A stretch of DNA of 54,569 bases, counting the filler, from Sphacelaria rigidula (Eukaryota), in the NCBI GenBank assembly GCA_964200075.2. It is 5 parts of 5 records of this genome, joined end to end, with 100 filler letters (N's around TTAATTAATTAA, not from the genome) between each part and the next. Parts side by side here need not be neighbours in the genome. Positions count along the whole stretch, not along the records: positions 43,738 to 54,569 come from CAXNAA020005834.1; 4 more parts are not named here. The stretch is one strand, 5' to 3'. The notes beneath the pieces are model-generated. The model did no database searches. It worked only from the letters and a program-made list of their open reading frames with translations, and had not been told where the DNA came from. This document shows, one piece after another, positions 47,623 through 54,569 of this stretch. Every line of letters starts with the position of its first letter. The first letter of the stretch is position 1. A program made the position numbers and the translations under genes.

Positions 47623-50600
47623 TCGGATAGACGCAACTTAACCTAGCAGCTAAACGTGTACAGATATGATTGATTGTTTTTACACATCAACTGATCTTAT
47701 CTTCATGGTACCCGGCCGCGGTCACAAGATGCCCATAGACGTACGTAACCCGAGGTGAACACAAAAGAAACGCTCGCTTAAAAAAAGAGAAAATCGGGAA
47801 AACAAAGCACGAAGATGCAACGAAACGAGCAAACTGGTGATGAAAAAATAGGAACCGTTGATACCATCGTCGCGGTCAACGCGTGGGAGAACGGTGTAGC
47901 CGCACCGTCAAGCCAGCAGCAATTCCAGCTATACTTCACATGCGCAACCGTCACCAGCAGTCAGCGGCTCTTCCCTCGTCAAATTTCTCACAGGGACCCC
48001 ACAGCGCCGCCCACGTAGTCTGTTTTGTCGACACAACTCTGAAAGATTTCAGAATACTCTATGCCAGTTTCGGGTATCGCCACAACTGCCCTGCTCTGCA
48101 GCGTATCGAAACTAAAGAGGCGTACGTGATGGATGATATCTACTGAAATTTACGTTTGTTTTTCTCGCCAAATACACACGTCATCTCTTCACACAGTCAT
48201 CGATCAATGACGACATGCTCCACTACTCCATTCTTGATGCCGAGTGCGCGCATCTGAGATTCGGCCCTGTCTATTTTGCTGGCCATTTTTGCTTCGTGCC
48301 ATCGCCGCCTCCCCTCGTCTTCCCACTCGGTCTTCCACTCGACCTTTTGCATTCATGGCGGCACCATAACGGGAAACAGCAAGCACAGAAAACGGGTAGG
48401 TGTTAAAGATTAATCATCGTTTGGTACGGAAGAGAAAAGACTACCGACTTTACGGGACTACCGAGTGATCCTGTGCACCAAGTACTTTCTAAAATAACCA
48501 CGGAAACGTGGCTCATGGGGGAGGATGGAATGCTGACGCTAGAGATAAGTTGCAAGCACGACTCTGATGAGATACAGCGCCACCGTGAACAACCAAAAAT
48601 CAGGTGAAGTCCGTACACGATAGGTGCAGAAGCTTTGGATGACCGATCAAAATGAACAACGGATTTCTCAATTACTTGCAAAGGTCGCCACGAGTCATGG
48701 AGGTTGGCTCTATACTTATGTGGCGTTCTCCGATCTCAAGTCAGGATGCATAGAGTATCAGTCAAGCGTGAACGGCAAGAGCAACAAGCTTAGGAGATGT
48801 GTCGTGTGACGGTGCAGTACGCAACAGCACGTAACAAAATCACTCGTGTCCGAGGGTGGTATGCCTCTCACCTCCCGCACCACACCCATATTATTATATC
48901 AGCCCAGATTGGCGCGGAGGTGGGGGGTGTACTTATCATCTTGCATACCGTCGTCATTTCACTGTTGACCTTGCATCCCTACAAAGTCGGGACGAAGCAC
49001 GCCGGGTTTTCGCCAGATCATGCGTTCACCAGTCGCAAAGTGCCGTGATGTGTCTGGTGAGTCATATGAAGGGTGAGCTGCATCCTGCCAAAATTGTTCG
49101 GCCCGAAGCGTACTGATTATCTTGCATATAGGTGACGGTCTACACTGAGATGCTTGATCTTTCTGGTATCGCCACTTCCAGACACAGCCACAGATGACAC
49201 ACTGCCGCATGGATGTCGTGGAGGCAAAGGATGGAGGGGCAGGGGTACTCTGAATCCAATAAGTTTGGCTGCCAGGCGTGGTCAGGCTTCTGAAAATGAT
49301 GTTAGACGTCTTAAAAGCATGTTCCCGGAGTCGGAGCAAGGATGGACACTGTTTTCGAGATTCTGGTATAAGTTGACCGCGAGTCAGGAAGTATTGATGT
49401 GGTAATTAATAAGTCACAAGTGAGGCAGCTAAGTTCTTGGAATTTCCTGAAGACTGCGTCGCACCCCATAAGAGGGGTGTACGGAAACACCAATTCACCT
49501 AACCTGTTATTTGTCTGCGTTGGAGCACTCCCACAGCTAATGAGGGGCTTGCAGAGGCCTTCATACTGCTGTAAGAATGGTTTTTGGACAGTGTGTGAAA
49601 TTTTCCTACAAGGCCTGAAGATGGGAGGGGGGATGAACTGAGATACATATGCCACCCCGGGTACTGTCATGTACTTCACGAAATAGGTGTGAGACTCAGC
49701 GTCGACGTCTGCTTCGCCGCATGCACCACAGGCCAAGCAACAAGCTACAAGCTCGCCCCCACCACATGCAAGTCACTTGCCCACAAGAAGTAAAACGAAC
49801 ATGACTTTCTCATACGGAGTATCTTGCTGACACCGGAAGGGATAGAACATCATTTCTCACCTGGAAGTAGGTGCCCTTAACCCATGACTGCTAGTCAAGA
49901 ACTGTCAGAGGGGGGCGGGGGGCACTGACGACTACAGGTACTACCCAGAAACTATAGGAGGGGCGAGGCAGGTAGTTCGCGCAACCGACATATCCTCAAC
50001 CTGGTGACTCCTTAGCATAGTCCTGACTGCGACATGTACGCAAGTGCAAACGATGTATACTTGTGATTCTAGTATGCAAATGCTTTTGCGGTGTAGATCC
50101 CGAAACAATCGCAGTCACAAGGTCGAGCGGTCGGGCACAGATCAGATTGTTTGGGACAAGATTCGGCTACAGCACGCTCGAGGGCGATTGGCGGAACGAC
50201 CACGCCGTTGGGCATAGCAAGAGGCGACGATCCTGTCTCGCAGCGCGCAAAGAGTGCTCACGGTGTGTGGAAAGGCGATCCGCAAAGCTCCCCACGGCGG
50301 AGGAGACATTCGACACGACCAGGGAGGGTACGGCAACGGAGATGGCGAGGGTACGGCAAAGAAGATAATTCAACTCGATGCAGGAAACCAACAGTTACAT
50401 CCTAGGTGAGCCATCTTCTCTGTCATTCCGTACAGACACCTCCGTAGTCCCAGACGGTACCCCGGATGATGAAGAGTTGCCTGGTGTGCTTCTTGGGGAT
50501 GGAAAAAAAAAAACTACCACCAGTAGAAGAGCTACTGACCTGTGGCAATCGGACCAGTTTGGCCTTGGCTTTCTCTTGTCCGTGTAGTGCCTGCAGCGTC

Positions 50601-51350
50601 GCGATGGCCGTCACTTCCTCTACCCCAGCTGGTATTCCAGGAACCAAGCCTTCCGCCACTCCGAGAAAACTGGAGAATGACGAAAACGAAGCAGATAAAA
50701 ATGAAGCCGACGAAAGCGAACGGCTAATGTTGTGATCAACCCTCACTGCCGAGTAAGCGATAGCTCTACAAAACAAACGTAAACTGCAACGGCGTAGTCG
50801 TGCGCTGCCTCCAAGTATTGAACACATACGATACATGTCATGCCGCGGGCAGCGTGCGGGAGCGACAAAAACCTCAAACAGAAACACCTAACGATAGTCG
50901 CAACGAAAACATTCCGCAGAACGAAGATGAAGACAGGACGTTGGAAGTAGAAATATCCAAGAATTCTCACCCTAGCTTAGACAACTTGGGGACGTCCCAC
51001 AGAGCCAACGTGTTCCATGGCGTGGTGACTCCCGTGAGCTCTACGGTTTGACCTCCGTGGAATGCGTGTCCGGTCAGTGCACATCCGACCACCAGATCTT
51101 GTGGTTCCATTAGGTTTTCCATGTCTTGAAGTACGTCCCTCGTGATTGCGGTCTCTAATGACTGACGAGAGACGACAGAGCGAGTTGGTGAGCGGGTTGA
51201 GGACGGTAAGTTGTGTCAATGGTGCGTGGGTGACTGATGGGTTGTATATGGGCGTGCGTGCGTGCAAACGGTGATGGAGGAGAATGCTTGACAATTGTGT
51301 TTTTCGTTACATTTTCACCCCCCCCCTGCCCCCGTTCTGCCCCCGTTCCT

Positions 51351-51485
51351 CGGGACGAATCCGCGATTTCAAGGGATCGACCCATCTCTCCATCGGTACG
51401 CTCGGTCTCGAAAGGGATGCGGGGTCAATGGTCAAACGACGAAGGCAAGCAACAAATGCGTACGCCCCTCGGGAGTACGCCCCCC
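51351..51485 (+). repeat. Repeat A directly followed by repeat B
   Basis: CGGGACGAATCCGCGATTTCAAGGGATCGACCCATCTCTCC...AGGGATGCGGGGTCAATGGTC. Confidence 0.72.
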
Positions 51486-54109
51486 GGTGGGTGAGTGTTG
51501 AAACATGAGACAAGCGAGCTATAAAGTATGACGTGTGATACGGCAACCACGTGTGGGCGTCATGTTGCAGCTCTGTTATAGCTCATTTGTCCAACAGAAT
51601 AACGTATAGTGAATACATACTTATCTAAAACGTGGCATGTCGACATGTGGTAAAGTGTATTGTTCGCTACGCACAAGGTGCACGGTAAAGTCGGGCCGCC
51701 AAAAGCTTCTAACCAGTCAGACGTACAGGCGAGCGCAACACCGTGACCGTATTTTCACTATGAACTGCCGATTAACGAAGAAATGAAGAATAGCTTCATT
51801 TGGACCACATTACGCCGTTCATGTGCATTAGTTACATAATCATCATTTCTATTTCATGTTTGAAAAACTTGCAACACAGCACATTGCCTCCCCACTCGTT
51901 CACAGCCACGCAGACACCTCACAGATCGCAACGAGAAAGCGCTTGTGCCCGAGTTTCACATGAGGACGCTTGCGGTGCTCCGCACAGTGTGCCTTGTTAT
52001 CCTAACCCACCTACGTCAATCGGCCAAAGGTTGGCGGCGGACTGGTGTAATTTTCCGAGTGGAATTTGAAAAAAAGACATTATTTTGCGCTCGATGGCTT
52101 TCGCGACTGAAGACCCGACATTTCACACGCGTGTGCGCGTTCCCAACAAAAATATATATATATTGTGGCTTATCTCTCAATTTGTGACTCTCAACTCGAG
52201 ATAGTTTGACACAGGAAATGAATTTATCATGAATTGACCAGTTTTGCTCATGTTTTGATTCTTGAGGCAGAACATGACAATTCGGCGAACGTCAATTTGT
52301 GGATGTTCAAATGCGCACGTCACTGCAAAGCTTCAGGCATGTCTCGCAGAAATTGGGGACAGCGAAATCTTTCTTGCATCACACCCCTTTGACGAATTTC
52401 ACTTTCCTCTTTTTGCTTGTGGGAGTTCGAAACTGAAACAGAATGCACGTGTGCACAGTTACATGACGAAGATCGCGGTATTGCCCGCCGATTTCATATC
52501 CCCAACACTCAAATCGAGTTATTCTCATATTTCGGGGAGGACGGCTGTCCAGAAAAACGATGTTTCGAGGGTTTCGATTTGAAAACACAAAGCATCACGA
52601 GTGACTGTCACGTTTTCAATTCGAATGCGCATGTCACTGCAACTTGGTACTCCACAACTCCGAGCAACGATGGGGAAACAATCCAATGACATGAGCTGAG
52701 TCAGCCTAGAAACAGACTTTGAGCTGTCACAGCCATATATCATCGACGCAGACGAGTTGGGCCGTAATCCGTACATGTAGTCAATCATCCAATCGAGGGA
52801 CGGACGCCCATCCACGCAACAGCTCGGTCATATGTTTTCTCTTAATTAAAACGCCATGTCGAGAAATCCCATGACGCGCGAACATATCTCCATTCTCAAG
52901 TCTATAGGGAACCCCCGTCACAATGTAATTAGCGGGTTGCGTCGGTTTTTGGTGCGAACGCTTCTTTGGGGCACGACGAAACGATCGATACCCTCACACT
53001 CACTCACCGCAATGCATTATCTATCGAGAGATATGGCCGTTTCAAGATCCCACACAAAAATCAAGATATGGCACTAAATACACCCAATCTGGATTTCGCG
53101 TCTCAGTGTCGAGAGTTGTGCTCTGGAATTTGGTGAGGAGAATCGCAAGGGCATAACAAAAAAATATCTGAGAGACTTCGACTTTTTTTTTATGAGTTAT
53201 GGACGTCTTTGTGCAGAATGCACGTTGTCTTTGCTGTCTTTTCCGAATTCACCCAAAAGAAGACTCGATGTTCCACAAAACAATCGTGATCGTCATATGA
53301 TTGCCCAAGAAAAAATTTCGAAGCTGAGCTGCTAAACTGCCTGCGACCTACAGACCCGTTTCTAGCCTGGCCCAGCCTACACACCGATCTGTGTAAATCT
53401 GGATTCTGCAGCTCACCTTGACAGTTGCGACTTGGTAAGGGATATCGCAAGGGCATGACGGGAGCGACAACTGTGGGTCATTTTGATGTTGATGCCATGG
53501 GCTCGGGGCAGAAGTCAAGATCTTTTTTAACGAAAAAAAATGAACTCATGAAAAAAACAATGGAAATATTGACTCGCTCATGTTTTCGTAATGCCACTGC
53601 GATACTTCCTATCATGTTAGCTGCTATATCAAGATTTAGTGCATCTCTTCATGATATATTCCAAGCTTAGCATGGGATTTTCTGCGCGCCACATCTCTTC
53701 ATAAACAATAGGCGGGCTATCGATCGCATCTCCGTGCCTCAAGGAAAGTTCACGTGAAAAATCATCATCATCCCGCTTTTCATCTTTAGGTTTTGTATGG
53801 ACTTAAATGTCGGGACATCTCCGTGTGTCACGGGATTTACTTGACGTGGTCTTCGATCAACAAGAAAGCACTTGACCGGGCTGTTGAGTAGATGTATCTC
53901 GGCCCCTTGATTGTATAATCAAGAAGATATGCGGATCACGCCTCAGTTCGCCCGCGTCGATGAATATGTTTCTTGACACTTTGAGTCCGTCTCCAGGCTG
54001 GCCTAGCTCGTACATACATACCTTCACAACAAACGGAACTTTTACGTTCTTCAGTTTCCTCCCATGGCTTTCACGATTTCCTTTCTCATTTTCGACCTCT
54101 CCTCTTCCT

Positions 54110-54166
54110 CGGACGAGCCCGTGGTCTAGTAGTCTCAAGGGATCAACACATATCTCCCCGGTACAC
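54110..54166 (+). repeat. Dispersed repeat A
   Basis: GGACGAGCCCGTGGTCT..GTCTCAAGGGATCAACACATATCTCCCCGGTAC. Confidence 0.7.
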
Positions 54167-54569
54167 ATCAGCCTGGTCCGGCGATAATCCGGCGTGCTCC
54201 GTCCAGGCTTTGTAGGGGTGGACCCCCGATGGGGTTGGCATCATTTGGCGATGACGCTAACAAACACGCTCCTCAATGTGTAAACTCGGCAACCAGGTTA
54301 CCGATTTGATTTTGCGCGCTTGCTTTTTATTCGCGGTAACCACGATGGTGATCAAGCCAGATCATGCTGTACGGCGTGGGAGAACCTCAGCTCCGCACAA
54401 TGGCGATGATCGTACGACGTAGTGCTTAAATGTTGAGACACCCATGATGCAGTGTATGAGCCGTGGCTGTCTCTGGAAATGGCAATACCAGAAAATGAGG
54501 CAACTTATTGTGGGCTGTCACCCGAATACAAAATAATCAGCACGCTTCGAGACGAACAATCTTGGCAGG

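Noticed and set aside
52300..52650. Direct repeat TTC.AATGCGCA.GTCACTGCAA about 315 bp apart
   Set aside because: Two short copies with no interpretable structure.

Overview
This is not a prokaryotic or contiguous locus. The window holds five unrelated eukaryotic contigs (1-10835, 10936-21769, 21870-32703, 32804-43637, 43738-54569; lengths 10835/10834/10834/10834/10832) joined by artificial 100-bp linkers (44 N + TTAATTAATTAA + 44 N), which looks like a size-sorted 'unplaced' pseudomolecule. It is mostly decayed and nested transposable elements: a Ty1/copia remnant with a 3' LTR, an APE-RT LINE carrying an RTE-like LINE and two short tail insertions, several chromodomain-type Ty3/gypsy elements with LTRs, at least three ~230-245 bp MITEs, and dispersed SINE-like repeats. 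One spliced host gene can be reconstructed: a CPW-type ankyrin-repeat protein on the minus strand of contig 1. The TE families and intron style suggest a stramenopile, probably a brown alga, but this is inference from recalled resemblance and was not checked by a search. I found no intact novel multi-gene system. The most interesting signals concern TE mechanism: two antisense insertions of a gypsy family into its own copies at (C/T)CG(C/G) targets, LTRs ending TG...TA, a W-x-D-D RT motif, MITEs sharing a GAGTGATGCT terminus, and an in-frame LINE/LINE chimera.
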